Shown piece after piece: positions 1 through 13,800 of a stretch of DNA of 64,000 nt; position 1 is the first letter of the stretch, and each line of letters begins with the position of its first letter. The position numbers and the translations under genes were made by a program. The stretch is from contig NW_019029023.1 of the NCBI RefSeq assembly GCF_002105155.1, positions 124,001-188,000 of the forward strand. The letters are read 5' to 3'. Below the pieces are notes generated by a model. It was given only the letters and a program-made list of their open reading frames with translations, was not told the DNA's origin and ran no database searches. The DNA is from Lobosporangium transversale. Lineage: Eukaryota.

Positions 1-304
1 GAGCCTAATTGATTCGATATTTCATAGAAAATAGAATAGACGAATGACGGATGAATAAGGCTTGCATAAAAAAAAAGGGCAAGACAGAATAAGAAACAAA
101 AAGAAAGGAAAGTGTTGACTCACGAATTCGAGCTTTTGAGTACACTCCGACATCGTCTTCCAGCAGCTCAATCCCAAGTCCTCGATAGAGCTGTAGACGT
201 AATCTATGAATGTCAAGTGGAGGAGAAAGAGGTACCCAACATCAGTTGTTCATGCATGCATATGGACCTGTGTTCTTTTGAAACACATAAATTGAGCTTA
301 TTTT

Positions 305-336
<32 letters not shown>

Positions 337-988
337 CCTACACCGTGGAAGCATGTGATGTGTCATCCATGATATCTTCTGGATCATCTGGCAAGTCTTC
401 TTCCTGATTACTTGTCGTTGCTTCTTCCCTCGCTCCCTTATTGTCCGAGTGTGGATTCCTTGCATTATTAATCTTTTGTGAAAACCCCAGTTTTAGACTC
501 TGCATGCGGAGATGATGAATGGCAGTCTCAAGGGATACAATATCCTGATCCATGTTCTGGATAGTTTTGGCAATTGCAAACTTTTTCTTGTCCATTTCGT
601 ACATTTGTGTGTTGTGTTCCAGACTTTCTGCTTCGATGTGCTGTCCTGAACCCTCTGAGCGTGTCAGTTCAAGATTTCTTGACATTCCTATCATTTTTTT
701 TTTTTTTTTTTTAAAACAAATATCGAAATCAGAAACCATTTGCTCAAAGGTAACACATAAAAAAGGTACATCTACAAAACCCTTCATACTTTGAAGAAGT
801 AAGCGAGCATCCTGCAGCGCCTCTCGCCGCACTAATTCAGTTTCGCGGGCATCTTCCTGTATTATCCGTTGAATATCTTGTATATTTGAGCTAGACTCCT
901 GCAATTGTGCTGTAATGTTTTGGATTTGCAATACAATGCTTTCGTCTGTTGCAAAATCTCTCTGTTCCAAGGCTGGTACTGTTGTCAT
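1..988 (-). CDS. SPC24: Kinetochore Ndc80-complex subunit Spc24 (3' end runs off the window)
   Basis: Exons ~988-790, 687-342, 203-124, then continuing from ~4. A coiled-coil N-terminus is followed by the spliced motif VLRLQLYRGLGIELLEDDVGVYSKARIR, matching the Spc24 C-terminal L-x-L-x-L-Y-R-x-L-G-I signature. Confidence 0.8.
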
Positions 989-1329
989 AATTTAGAGGAG
1001 GTAATTTTTGCGAATGTCACAGACAAATAATGCAAAGTGGTAATATAAGGAAGAATAAAGTGCAATTTGCAATGTTATTTAATGATTTGTCGTAAGAGCA
1101 AACATGCAAACATTTGTTTGTCAGGCTCACCTTCATGAAGCTGGGTTACTACTAAGCCACATTGATGTACTTCAAGTTCCTGATACACCGTCCGGAGCCT
1201 GTAACGCTCATCAACCCAACTACAGAACCACAGCGCTGAATTTTACCCGAGAGCAGGATCAGGATCAAATTCAGATTCAGGCTCAGGATTAGGGACAGGA
1301 CGTGATTTGTTCCTGTTTTTGAAACACAC

Positions 1330-4300
1330 ATGAGGACAGCTGCCATTACCCGCATTCTTACAGCACAGCGCCTGTCCACAGCCTTCAGAATCGACCAGAC
1401 CGTTGCTACAAAGACACCAGAGAACTTTTGGCAATCGTGCTTTCAGCGAGCGTACACACGCTTTGCAGCAGCCATCCAAGAGCAAAAGACCCACTCACTC
1501 AAAGCACGATGTTCTTCCTTGCTATCACTGTCACTGTGCACTGATCATTTGTCATGCCCTACATGGCATCGCCTCAAGAAGATCCAGCGTTACGATCGCC
1601 ATCTTACCAGCGCTGCGGCCACCATCCCTAATTCCGGTCTCACACAGCCAACGCTCAACGAGCCCGCATTGGCGCATACAACATCAACTAAGGGATCTTT
1701 GACCGGGATAGGTACATCTAAAAAGCCTTTCACCAGGCATGAACGATCGCATCGATCAATTAGGGGCTTGATGTATAAATTGTCCCAGGCATTGAGGTGT
1801 GAAGACCTTGATGCGGCTCTAAGGTTTTATCTTTTGATTCGCAAAGAGATATTTTCTCGTCGTCTCGGTCAGCCGCTGTTCCGATGTCAATGCAGACTTG
1901 TAGAGTTAATTCATAGCAGTCGACTAGAAATGCTTGAATCCGGGAATAACCAATCTCATACCCGCCTGTCTGCGCGGTATGATCGACAGCGCCATATGGT
2001 ATTGAAAGACATCTCAATGGGGATGCTAAAAACCGGTGATCGGGCTAATGCCATGGCATCGCTAGTAGATGCCCTTGGGAAGAGCAAAGCCATGGTTAAG
2101 CATTCATACAAGGCAAAATCCAGCACTAAACTGCAAGATTGGAGAGAAGCACTGAGGGCTTTGGAGGACTGGGCTAGGAAGAATCCGACTGCCCATGGAG
2201 TAGCTGCTGCATCCGAGGTCACTGACTCGCCAATATTTACAACAGTATCACCGTCTCCACCACCATTAGTCTCAAGCTTCTATCTGGGAAATAAAGCCCT
2301 GGAACAAGACCTGTCCGCTTGGCTATCGAAAATAATGAAGCGGCTAGTCTATAGCCATACCTACCTCATCCGATCAATGCTTGACACCATCCCAAGGCAA
2401 TTTGGCATTCAAGCAACTGTGGAAATGCATGTGGTAAGCTTTGGTTATATATTTCTTTTTTATTACACTATATGTTTTCATCGCGCTGCCTGCCATTAAT
2501 GACGTTGGTATCACAGTATTAACATTCTTTATTAATATCTCGTAGGCGTTGTTGGATTATTATTCTACGCTTGGACAAGATGGCTATATTGACACTCTAG
2601 CAATCATCGATAGGATGAATCAAAAAGGCATTAAGTGGAAACAAGAGCCAGTTATATACGAATACTTATTGTATTCGCTTAGCCATAACCCAAATAATAT
2701 TGATTCGGATATTGACCTGATTATTGAACAGATGCTTGCCAATAACTTAGTCCCCAGAGAGAAGACCATGAAGGCGCTTATGTTATCTGCAGCTCACTCG
2801 GGCGATCTTGAAAGATGTTTGCGGCATATTCAACAAATGCACCAAGAATGGGGCCTTGCAGTCAGTGAACGCATGAAGGCTATCCTGCTCTATGGCTGCG
2901 CCAAACGCGGGGATTTCGAGGGTGCGATCGAGCTTCTTGAGCAGCTCAATAACTCAGGAAAGCTGGATCATGCTTTATTAGAAAAAAGCTTGATAGAGCC
3001 AGGAGACGATGGAAAGCCATGCCCGTCAAGCCCCAATCCACCAAAGCCTTCGTCTTTGAAGCACTCGTATCCGTCTACTTTTTTAACAACCAAAGTGGAA
3101 ACACTCTTGGAAGAACAAAATGTTATCAATAGCTCCAACCTTTTATTGGCACTTATTAATCAATCGCGTGCACAACGTGGGAACAAAAAGCGGCTTTCGC
3201 AGGCGTCTATCAAAGAAGAGGCTTCAAGGGTTCTGGAGCTGTTTACACTTATCACAAAGAACCCCCAACGGGCTGACACACGACTTTATACGATCATGAT
3301 GCATTACCTGTCGACACTTCCCTCGCCTATTCCGGGAATGATGTATCTATACAAGGAGATGCTCATGTCGAAAAATACGAAACCAAACCATGTCACTTAT
3401 CACATCATGCTTGAAGCCTGTGCAGAGCAGATGGATATAGATTGCGCAAAACAACTTTGGAATGATATGAGTGCATCCAATATTATCAAAGATTGCAATA
3501 TACGTGCTAGTTATATAAAATGTATGGGACAAACAGGCGATCTCGCATCTGCAGAGTGGTTCACACGGGAGGGCTTATTAAAGCAACAGGAGCTCGACAA
3601 GGTCCGCTTACGACATCAGACAGCATTTATTCTCAGTAAACGGGAAGAACCTAAGCAGGGTTTGCCGCTGTTACTAGAACCACCCCTTTTACCAAGGCGA
3701 GAGCATTTCCAGGAGGCGATCAGCTTGTCGACACTGCACGAGCTGATGAAGGCTCATCGGGCGCACAGTAGACCTGAACGAGTCTATGAGCTTTATTGCG
3801 AAATTGAGCGCGGGGAATGGGGCTACAAAATCCGGCCAAATGAATTGACTCTATCAATCCTACTTGGTGCGTGCGCATCAGATGCTGCTACGGCAGATCT
3901 TGTGGACCGTGGAATTGCAATCGTGGAGGACTTCCGCGGGTCCCGGAGGAGACAACACCTCCTACAGCCGGAGCGTTTGGATGGCAAAGATGGCGACAAT
4001 GGAGACAAGGCCAGCCAGTTAGTAAACGGGACTGTAACCCTGGATGATGATTCTGAATACCCAAGTCTTTATGAAGCCCTTGGCATGCAAGCGGGTTCTA
4101 AATCAGGCTTAATACCTGTATTGTCAGACTTCAGTTACCAGCTGTACTATACCATGCTTGGACGGCACCATCGACAACGCAAGATCGTGGAGGTGTGGGA
4201 CGACATGATGCAGTCGATTGAGCGGCCACCATCTCGTTTGACTGTGAACATTGTCATCGAGGCCTTGGAACAGGTTCAGTGGGGCGCTGCACCTATCAAA

Positions 4301-4432
4301 CGTATCCGGAGACAGCTGAGGGAGCATTGGTCCAAAACAGGCTGTGCTAGACAAGATGAGAGTAGTAGTTTTGACTTTGATGAGCCAAATGGGGATGAAT
4401 CCGTGGGAGCTGGAGGGCGGTTTTGGAGGTAA
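1330..4432 (+). CDS. Pentatricopeptide-repeat (PPR) protein, probably mitochondrial
   Basis: Two ORFs joined by GT-AG intron 2434-2545 (HV|ALLDYY). PPR-like helices: KPNHVTYHIMLEACAEQMDIDCAKQLWNDM, RPNELTLSILLGACA, YYTMLGRHHRQRKIVEVWDDM. Arg-rich, acid-poor N-terminus. Confidence 0.8.
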
Positions 4433-5166
4433 AAAAATGTCTGAAAGAAGAAGCCATCGTAGTGTCTACAAATATAATAAAATAATAGTACAGAGGGAGA
4501 AAGGAGAGAATTTGAACCGGGCGGACGACTTTTTGGAGTTTGACGATAAATGGAATGGGGCGTTAATGCTCTACCAAAGCAAGCTTCCACACAATCTACT
4601 TTGAATGATCTTCTTTGGTCCTCCTTTCATTTTGATACGTGGCAAGATTTTGGGATTTCGCAAATCGAAGGCCTAATTGTTCAGTATTTTATTCAGCAAA
4701 TGAATGCATTGCGAAGCGATGAATAGAAAGAAGGGAAAATGCCAACATGCAAAAACCGGTAATGTCGTTGTATGTATGAGAGACAAAGGATGATAACGAG
4801 TGAATTGTCGCAACATAACCGCTGTCCTTTATCATTAGTCCTCGTAAAATATTGCAACGTAGATATACGAGTGTGGAGAGGAATAGCTCTCACCCTAGAC
4901 TATATGAACTGAGTGAGACGGACATCCATTTTCTGGTAAGGAAAAAAAAAAAAAAAAAAAAAAAAAACTGAATAAAGAGAAGACCATTTAGGCGAGCATG
5001 CCAGTAGGCAGACAATTAGTAAAGATCATTGTAACAGCACATGGTCTGACAAACAGTTTTTCCTTCCCCCATAGTTTTGTTATTTCAGTCAGAGGCCCAA
5101 GCGCCATTAAAATAAATGCCAGCCGCCCCACTTTTAGTCCATCTTTCCTTCACTCATCTCTCTTCA

Positions 5167-7971
5167 ATGTCACACACAACTTTCTCCTCTGCCGAACCCC
5201 CCCATATCTCTGGAGCATCCTCACGCCTAAGGGTAGAACCAAACGACGTCTTTTTCCGTGACTCGGATAACCGCGCATGGCTTTTACGGGGGATTAATCT
5301 TAGTGGGTCATGCAAGTTCCCTCGTTATCCAGTCCCCGTACCCTCGCATGTGCGCGGTGACGCATTCTTGAAGCCGCAAGGGCATCCTGAAAGTTCTAAT
5401 GCTACTGTCGATGACCATAGTGACCATATCTCCTTCGTAGGAAGGCCATTTGAACTAGACAGGGCCGACGAACATCTTGCACGATTAAGGCATTGGGGCT
5501 TTAAAATCATCCGTTGGGTAGTCACCTGGGAAGCCATTGAGCATCAAGGGCCGTATGTTATGTTTAATATACTTTTTCTTTTTACCTTACAAGTTCTGAA
5601 TCATATTAATATAAAGCATTTTTAACATCTAACATAGAGGGATCTATGATCAAGAATTCCTAGACTACACTATCTTGGCATTGTTGAAAACAAAAGAATA
5701 TGGATTTAAGGTCATGATCGATTTTCATCAAGATGTGGTATGGACCTTTTTTATTCTTTTTGTTCTATTTTATCCATGACAACAATGAATTGCTATGACA
5801 ACTCAAGGAAATAATTGACTATACCAGTTTTACGACATGGTTGTTAAATGTATTATAAACATTTTAGTGGTCAAGATTCAGTGGAGGCTCAGGGGCACCA
5901 TTATGGACGTTTCACATAGCTGGGCTCGATCCGCACCATTTCGCAGCCACAGGTGCTGCAGTTGTGCACAACACCTTATTGGAGGATGAGCCCTTGCAGC
6001 AAATGGTTTGGCTGACAAATTATTACAAGTTAGCCTGTGCTTCCATGTTTACGCTTTTTTATGCTGGCAGGCTCTTGGCTCCAAAGTGTACGTTCAACTC
6101 TGGCACTAATATCCAGGATTTTCTTCAATCTCACTTTTTGGGTGCCATCGAGGCTTTGGTTCAGAAGATTCATGACTGCAAGGACAAAGATGGGAATCCA
6201 TTGCTGGAGGACCATGTTGTCATAGGATATGACTCTTGGAACGAGCCATCGTGCGGCTGGATCGGTTTAGAACGCCTGGATGTGCTGTCAGAGGAACACG
6301 ATATGAGACAGGGAGATATGCCAACGCCTCTTCAGTCCCTGATGCTGGGAGAAGGTTTAACTGTCCGAGACATTGCAACCTACCGAATCGAGCTCGTTGG
6401 ACCTGTGAAATCCGGTTCACGTATTATAGATCCATCAGCACATCCTTCATCACAAGGAAAGCCAGTCAAAGCCTGGCTGTCCCCTGTACTACGCGATCGA
6501 TATGATTCTCAATATGGGGTCCAGCGTGATGCTACATTTCCAAAAGCCGGAGTTTGCCTCTGGGCTCAACACGGTGTTTGGTCCATCCAAGATGGCCGAG
6601 TACTGCAACAGGATTACTTTTCGAGAGTACCCCCCTCAACAGATACATCTTCAGAGACCACTCGTATACGATGGGTGGATAATCATTGGCTTCCTTTCGC
6701 GAGACAAGTCATCGACCTCGTACGAAAGATTCATTCCACTGCTATTCTCTTCTTGGAGCCACCTGTCTATGTCCCACCACCAGACCTATTTAATACAATA
6801 TCAACATCTTTACCAGAGACGGGCCACGGCCTTGATGGCACATTGAACAAAGAATTGGTGACTAATATGGCCTATGCTCCTCATCATTATGATGACCTTG
6901 TATTACTCACAAGACGGTACCTGGGATGGATCAATCTTGATCTATTAGGTCTGAGCCGTGGCCGACAAAAGTCTTTACTTGGATCATTTGTATTTGGTAA
7001 AAAGTCTACACAAACTCTCTTTAGGAATCAGATAGTGGAGATACAAAAGGAGTGTTATGAACGGCTAGGTAAGTATAATGTATGGTTTATTTTTCTTTTT
7101 TTTTTTTTAAAAAAAACAAAAAAATAAAAAAAAATAAATGCGATTCCTCTTATTATTATTAGGTCAGCGGCCTGTTTTGATTGGAGAAACAGGACTACAT
7201 TTTGATGTTGGAATGAATGTTGCTCAGCAACGCAGAAATGGCACTGAATCGGCAGGCAACCGGAGTAAAATATGGTCTCTACCTTCATGGCTCCGATTTT
7301 CTTGGAATACAGCTAGAAACGGTACGAACCTCAAACCCTCTACAGGTTCGACAAAAATCAGTTACAGGCCACCTACGAAGCAGTTTCAGCGAGCATTCGA
7401 CAATATCCTTGAGGGCCTTGAGAGTACGCTAGTTCATTACACGCTCTGGAACTACACGATTGAGAATGATACGCAATATGGCGATGGCTGGAATGGCGAA
7501 AATCTTAGCATTTTCTCGGCGGATGCTGCGAGGATGACTACTGATGAAAAAGATAGCGACAGCGACAGCGACATCTATGGAGGAGGTGTTGTTCACAAGT
7601 TAGACCGCGGAGGACGTGCGATTGAACAATTCTGTCGACCATATCCTGTGGCGACAGTTGGATACCCTATTGAAGTCGTTTTTAATCGTCATGAAAATGC
7701 GAAGACCTTTACGCTCAGGACAAAGACCGCAGCCAACGATGGCCATGCCAGGAAACTGGGCTCTACCGCTAATCTGAAGACCGAAATATTTGTCCCAAAT
7801 TATCACTTCCATGGTCCTGAACACTGCAGCGTGACCGTAAGTGATGGAACGTGGGAGTGGAATCAGGAGCAACAAACAGTGCTCTGGTCATATGGTGAGA
7901 CAAATAGTGAACCAGAAGCCATCAATGCTGGTTATATTTATCATCGGCTTGAGATACGAAGGCGAGTATAG
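5167..7971 (+). CDS. Glycoside hydrolase family 5, EGCrP/Egh1-type (glucosylceramidase / steryl-beta-glucosidase)
   Basis: Four exons (introns ~5553-5637, 5738-5867, 7069-7162). Motifs LRGINLSG, FVGRPF..HLARLRHWG, WEAIEHQGPGIYD, DFHQDVWSRFSGGSGAP, catalytic NEP and GETG, WNY..GDGWNGENLSIFS, RPYP and a C-terminal TEIFVP..HF domain. Confidence 0.9.
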
Positions 7972-8285
7972 AGAAATAAAATTATGTGTTTTTTTTATTG
8001 ATAGGTTGTTTCTGCTCATTCTATCATCCCAATGAAGTAACAGTGATTGTCAACAAAAATTTCAATCGAAAAGCTTATGATTTTGTACTTCTGCTCTTCA
8101 TTAAGCAGGCCATGGAGGTTTTTGAAGCCTTCATGCAATGCTTTATATGATTGAGGTTCAATTTAGAAAATAGAGAGTTTAGGAACAAAAGTAATGATTT
8201 CAATAGTTTGAGAGGAGGGGTTTATTGGAAATTTTGGTATAATGGCTTGAATAAGAATATTTTTATGTAGAAACTAGTTGTTGTT

Positions 8286-9621
8286 TCAGCGGACTAGAGG
8301 TGCCCCGTCAGTCGTATATAGATCATTGTTATTGCTGTGAACTGGAGTGATGCGACTGCTATCCGCCATAGGGTGATTGAATGCAACCTCTCGCGTATAA
8401 GTTGTAATCTTGGAAAGAAGGATTGTAGGCCAAAAGAACGCAAAAACTCCAATAGCAAGTACGAGGGGTGCTGCATCCAGAACAAATACATAAACTTGAT
8501 AAAGCGACGAAGCAGACATGAAATGAAATAAAGGTTAACTTTATTGGCATCGGTCAAAAGCATACATGAGTTAGTAACGGTCTTAGAAACTTACTCTCAT
8601 TACTGCTGAGGTGTCCGTCGTAACCCTCAGCAAATTCAACGATACGAAAGATTGAGCGGATCTACCATGGAACACCAATTAGATTGACAGTAAGAACATG
8701 GTTAGTCTGAAACGACCTTTGGATATTGCGGGATTTAAGAAAAATGAACAATAGTAAAAAAAAAAAAAAAAAAAAGCTTACAATGATGAAAATGCTTGAG
8801 AAGTAAAGTCCCCCGACAACAATAGCCGTGTGCTGATCCAATCCCATATAGTTTTTCCCTTGTAAAAGGGATGTCTGGGCTAGTTGCCGCCCTTTCTGTT
8901 TTCTCTCTGCGATTAATCGGTGGACTGCGACGGTAAGAAGGGCGGTGAAAAGGCAATAGGACACGCCTTGAACCGTGACACCGATCAGGAACAATTTAGA
9001 GCCAATATCGGCGAGCTGTGAGTTACCTTTTGCTCCACCTGCTTGCATACCTCCTGCTGATATTTGAACTAAAAAGGATAGGAGATCTGACCAGATAAAT
9101 GTGCGTCCAACGATTCGAGGTGGAATGAAAGAGAAACGAGACTTTTGCATCTTGGAAGAGCCTTTGGAACCAGGGTTGCTATTTCCACTGGTGTCGAAAT
9201 TAGGATCGACGGCAGCGATAAACCGTCCATAGAGCATGAAGTTGAAAGCGAGGAATGCAGAGGGCGAGATGACGATCAAACCGTTTTGTACGATATAGAT
9301 AATTAGCTTGAGGCTATCGGGATCGAGCGAGGTCTTGATAAAGAATCCGAGCGCAGAAGCGAATGCGCCGATGGGCAGACAGAGTGCCCATCTGTCTTTT
9401 TGACGGTGGATGTGATAAGAGAATGTGATGCCGAGGAGCAGATAGCATACGCCAAAGATGATATTACCAGGGATGCTGGGTTCATATTTTAGGATACCAC
9501 GTCGCTTAGTAACAGGGGTGGTGTCTGGAGTTGGGGTATTGGGAACAGATTGAGCTTGGACATGGCCAAGGAAGAGTAGTAATGCATATGTGATAACAGT
9601 AAAGCGATTTAGATAAAACAT
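8286..9621 (-). CDS. RTA1/Rsb1-family lipid-translocating exporter (7-TM), with N-terminal signal-like segment
   Basis: Exons ~9621-8782, 8662-8596, ~8495-8286. Motifs P..FLAFNFMLYGR, FIWSDLLSFLVQISAGG, G..VQ, IRSIFRIVEFAEGYDG...E.YVFVLDA. Confidence 0.9.
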
Positions 9622-9668
9622 TGTTGTAGGGTTGATGGATTTTCTGGATGCGGATGAGATGCTAATAA

Positions 9669-9784
9669 CGGATCCGCCTTCTTTGATCTGGGGGTTTTAT
9701 ACGCGAGTGTAAGTGACAGAGATACCAAGTGTCTATGTAGTGGACTTCTTAGTTGCTGATTAAGTCCGGCGTTCCTCCGACGGA
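9669..9784. promoter_or_regulatory. Divergent promoter with palindromic CGG sites (candidate Zn2Cys6 binding sites) and a TATA box for the RTA1 gene
   Basis: CGGATCCG at 9669-9676, TCCGACGGA at 9776-9784, CCGG at 9766. TATAAAA on the minus strand at 9695-9701. Confidence 0.45.
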
Positions 9785-10050
9785 AATAGAGTCCTCTCCA
9801 GAAAGTCATGAGCTGATTTGGTTTTCTGACTTTATATCTACGTAAAAGTTAATTTTAATTTAAATTAAGTACTTTAAAAATATACTCAGATTTTGTTTGG
9901 AAATAGTGTGCCAAGGACAATGATGCCAAGAGAAAAGCCTACAAAACTGAATCTGGGCTGTAGAAGTGGTGGATAGATAAATCCCCACAAATCCAAATTA
10001 AACATCATTGATCCGATACACAGAGATTTAATCGTTCTCCTTTTTCAGAC

Positions 10051-13000
10051 ATGCCTAAAAAAGACCCATCTTCTACTCCTCTTTCTCTCTCTTCCGGCGA
10101 TCCTGCTATCCCAGTTCAACGGCGAAAACGTCTCCTTGCGAAGCGCAGCTGTATAAGTTGCCGTGAAAAGAAGACTCGCTGCGAGTTACCTGACCTCCAT
10201 GTCCCTTCTTCTAGAGAACCAGTAGCCAACTCAAAGCGGTGTCATCGATGTAATGTGCTTGACGTGAACTGTGTCGTATGGGACGGAGATCGGAAGAGAA
10301 AACCCAGATTGCCACTATACAGCAACACAACTCAGTCTGATGATGTTGACAGAAGTGAGAACAAACATACAGACACACACTCGACTTGGAGTCCACTTTC
10401 TCATCTTGCCTATGCCGCCCAAATTATCGGTGCATCTACTTCATCATCCCCCTTATATCAGCACTCTCCCTCAAATTGTTCAACGGCAACAACCACACCG
10501 ACAATTTCCTCACCTTCACAATCTGATCCTTTCTTTGAGCCAAATGATGACTCCTTCAAAAACATTGCTTCAAGCTCAGGGTCTCTAGAATCTTCTCTCC
10601 CAGATTACGTCAATGGCATTCGAACTCACATTGAACGTGTTTCACCCTCACCAAATGATAAGACCAACCAAAGCCACGATCGAACGGATTCTAAGGGCCC
10701 AATTCAAAAAGACTATTCCTTTGGTCATCATGATGGTGATCAACCAAATCGTCCTCAACAACCATCATGCTTGAACAAGGGAACTGCATCCGCATCTGCA
10801 TCCGAGCAAAAGCCATCCTTGATGACATGGCGTTGTGCATGGAAGTCAACTTCAACGCTTATTGATTATGCAGCCCAGCAACGACAGTTCACACGCTACA
10901 TGGTCAGCCGCATTGCATCGCCCTATTATGGAATAAAGGCCATCGATGTCTTGGACATGATTAACAAGGAAGATTGTTTCGCCTTGAAGATTTTGTAAGA
11001 AATCTAATTTACACGAATGATTTTCACAATGCTCATACATAATGAAACCTTAATTTTTAATGTTTTATGTTTTTTATTTTTAATTTTTTTTTTTACATAA
11101 AGTATGACACCTTATCTTGCTTGGCATCCTCATTTGCCATCGCTTGAAGTGCTCTATGACCTCCACCAGCAACAGCCAAACAAATCAACGTCCCTACTGT
11201 TCGCATCCATGTGTCTTGTAGCATCTCGACACCGTCATTCACTATCTTCAAGCTTGATGCAAGGTCTCTCTGCCGTTGTAGATCGTTTAGGAACACAGGT
11301 GATATATTCTTCAATCTGTAATCTTCAAGTTGTCCAGGCATTCGAACTTCTTCTTGCTCAAGAACCGAGTCTTGTAGGCACTGGTGTTTGTGGCGACGCA
11401 GATGAGCAAGCACATAGAGGTAATGGTCTAGCGGGTGACAACGTGTTGTCGTATGCTCTCAACATCTCCAAAAGTATAGGAATTGACAAGTCCGTTGGTA
11501 CGCTCCATAAGCTTCTTGGAGAGAAGACTGAATATGACCCGACAGAGAAAGCACGAGAGGAACGAACTGATCAGCTGAAAAATTTGATGTGTATGGCCTC
11601 ATTATGGGTCAGTTTGCGACTGTGGGAATGTCATTACTTATTAATCAGGCCCATTACACCAGTCTTTCGTGACCTGAATCATTTGGCGGATGATGCAAAA
11701 TGCATGATTGCGATTGACGGATCTGGAAATAAGGTACAGGCAGCTCCAATAACAACAGACGGAATCTCAACTAGTGTCCTGAAAGATCACGAGGTAGAAG
11801 CAGAAGAAAAACTCCGTTCGGCAGGTAATAGCGCATTCATTGAGTTACTAGAACAGTAGCGCCTAATATATACTTATTAGAGTTACTTTGTATGGATGGC
11901 TAAGTTTGTCAATTGACCCTGATCTCGTAACGCGTTTAATAGGTCGAACTGTTTTGGCACATAGGATTTGGGGAATGGCTACCGCGCATAAATGTTTGGC
12001 TAAGCTGGATGATGTTCTTTTACATACAAAGGATGAAGGGCTTTCAACGCCGCTACAAGCACATGAAGGACTTATCAATGATAGAAGAGGCACCGATCTG
12101 CACACTATGGACGAAATTGTTGCCATAGTTATAAAGGCTTTAAAAGAGCAGGCCGAAAATGAGCTCAGCATGCAGGGAGATATGGCACCATATGTACTAT
12201 ATGAATCAGCTAACCTTGCAGAAGAATGGAGCCAGTTAGAGGCGTACTCAGTCTCTTCAACTCTTTGCACATTTGGCATCTGTGCCTTGTACAATGGTCG
12301 GTTGGAAGCAACATTTTATCCAAAGATGTTTTGGGAAACATTGCGGCATGACAAAGAGCTAATGGAGCGCGTCGGGATCATAGGCAAAAGTAGATTGGAC
12401 CTCTTAGAGAAGCTTGTCGCGTCCTTTAACTTCTTTAGCCGTAGACTGACATTTGCAGCTGCGGCTGCAGGTGCTTCAAGTAAAACAACACACGGCATAC
12501 GTAAAGCCTACAGCGGCGTTGTAGAGTTGATAGGGGCACCGATTTTATTGACATGTGGTTTTGTGATTGACGCCTGTAAAGTATTTTTGGAGGGCTCAGC
12601 ATTCGTTTTAGTCAATTATTCTGCAATCCAACAAAACTTCGATGCACGGTTGTTGTTTATGGTTCAGGCAGCACAGCGACTGGAAGAGCTGGACGACAAT
12701 AGATATGAACAGGTCGACGTCAACCAGGATCACGACATGGAAGAAGGAGGAGAAAGTCATGGAGATGATTCCAAAGACGGCAACACTCATCTTCCGTTGC
12801 TGAGCATACCTCAGCTCTCAGCAAAATTTGTAAGAGAAATGGTAGAGACATTGCAGAAGTGGAGATTGGCACTTTCTATCTACCGTAGGCCTAGAGCGCC
12901 TGTTACAGTGAATCAGAAGGATGATAATCAGGCTGCATCTTCACAGTCTGTTGGGACACTTAATACTAATGGTGATAGTCAAAAAGACAATGAGCTGACA

Positions 13001-13471
13001 AAGCCAACCCGATCAATGAATCCTTCTGTTCAAGCTTCGCAACTATCAGCTTCTCTGCCAGCGTTGCAGATGGCCAACAGATCAATAGTGGATACCAACA
13101 AAGCGCTAAATGGCTTTACCACTCACAACCATGCGGGGGCTCCTATTGCTAATGTCGATGGATGGAGTTCTATAGGGTCCACACATACAACGCCACTTTC
13201 TGGGCTTAATCCTGAAGCAGCACCTCCACCCACAGTACTATCTCAGACCAATGCCTATGCTCACCTCATGTTCCCTGCACAGCACTGGTCTGTAGGAGAA
13301 TCTGAGCGCGCAAGGGATCAATGTCCTCCATCTGTAATGCCCTTAGAGCCTTTCTTGGCTACTGGGATCATTCCGACTCCAACAGCTCCTGTAGGCGATA
13401 GTGACATCAGCAAGTTGTATGACATACCCCTAATCAACTCATTTTTCGATTCGATCTTTCCATATTATTAG
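10051..13471 (+). CDS. Zn2Cys6 (GAL4-type) fungal transcription factor
   Basis: C-x2-C-x6-C-x19-C-x2-C-x6-C (CISCREKKTRC...CHRCNVLDVNC). Introns ~10994-11102 and 11825-11942 restore one reading frame. Helical middle region and acidic/aromatic C-terminal tail (FFDSIFPYY). Confidence 0.85.
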
Positions 13472-13493
13472 TAAAAGATGGTTTGGTTTGTTT

Positions 13494-13528
<35 letters not shown>

Positions 13529-13548
13529 CGAATGAATGAATAAATTAA

Positions 13549-13800
13549 CGTATTGACTTTTAGTATCAAGTGTCTAGTATGGCATACTAGTACTCCGTAC
13601 CAACCAAAATAACAAAAATTAGTATTTTGGGCCTTTTCCTATTTTCTGAAAGGCATCGGCTGGAGATACAAATATGTACTAATACTAACGCAAGAATTGA
13701 CATTCATGACATTTATAAATAAAGATGCAAGTGATACTAACACAAGGATTGACGAAAGTTGGCATTCATAAACAAACACGCACTGATACGAACACAAAAA
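13549..13800. repeat. Dispersed repeat copy A (TGATACTAA-motif family)
   Basis: 13549-13617 aligns with 46741-46804. ~13714-13745 is the reverse complement of ~46863-46893. Internal palindrome CTAGTATG-G-CATACTAG. Confidence 0.8.

Noticed and set aside
1252..1293. Degenerate hexamer repeat (CAGGAT/CAGATT) in the Spc24/PPR divergent region
   Set aside because: Simple microsatellite-like sequence; the associated QDQIQ ORF is not credible.
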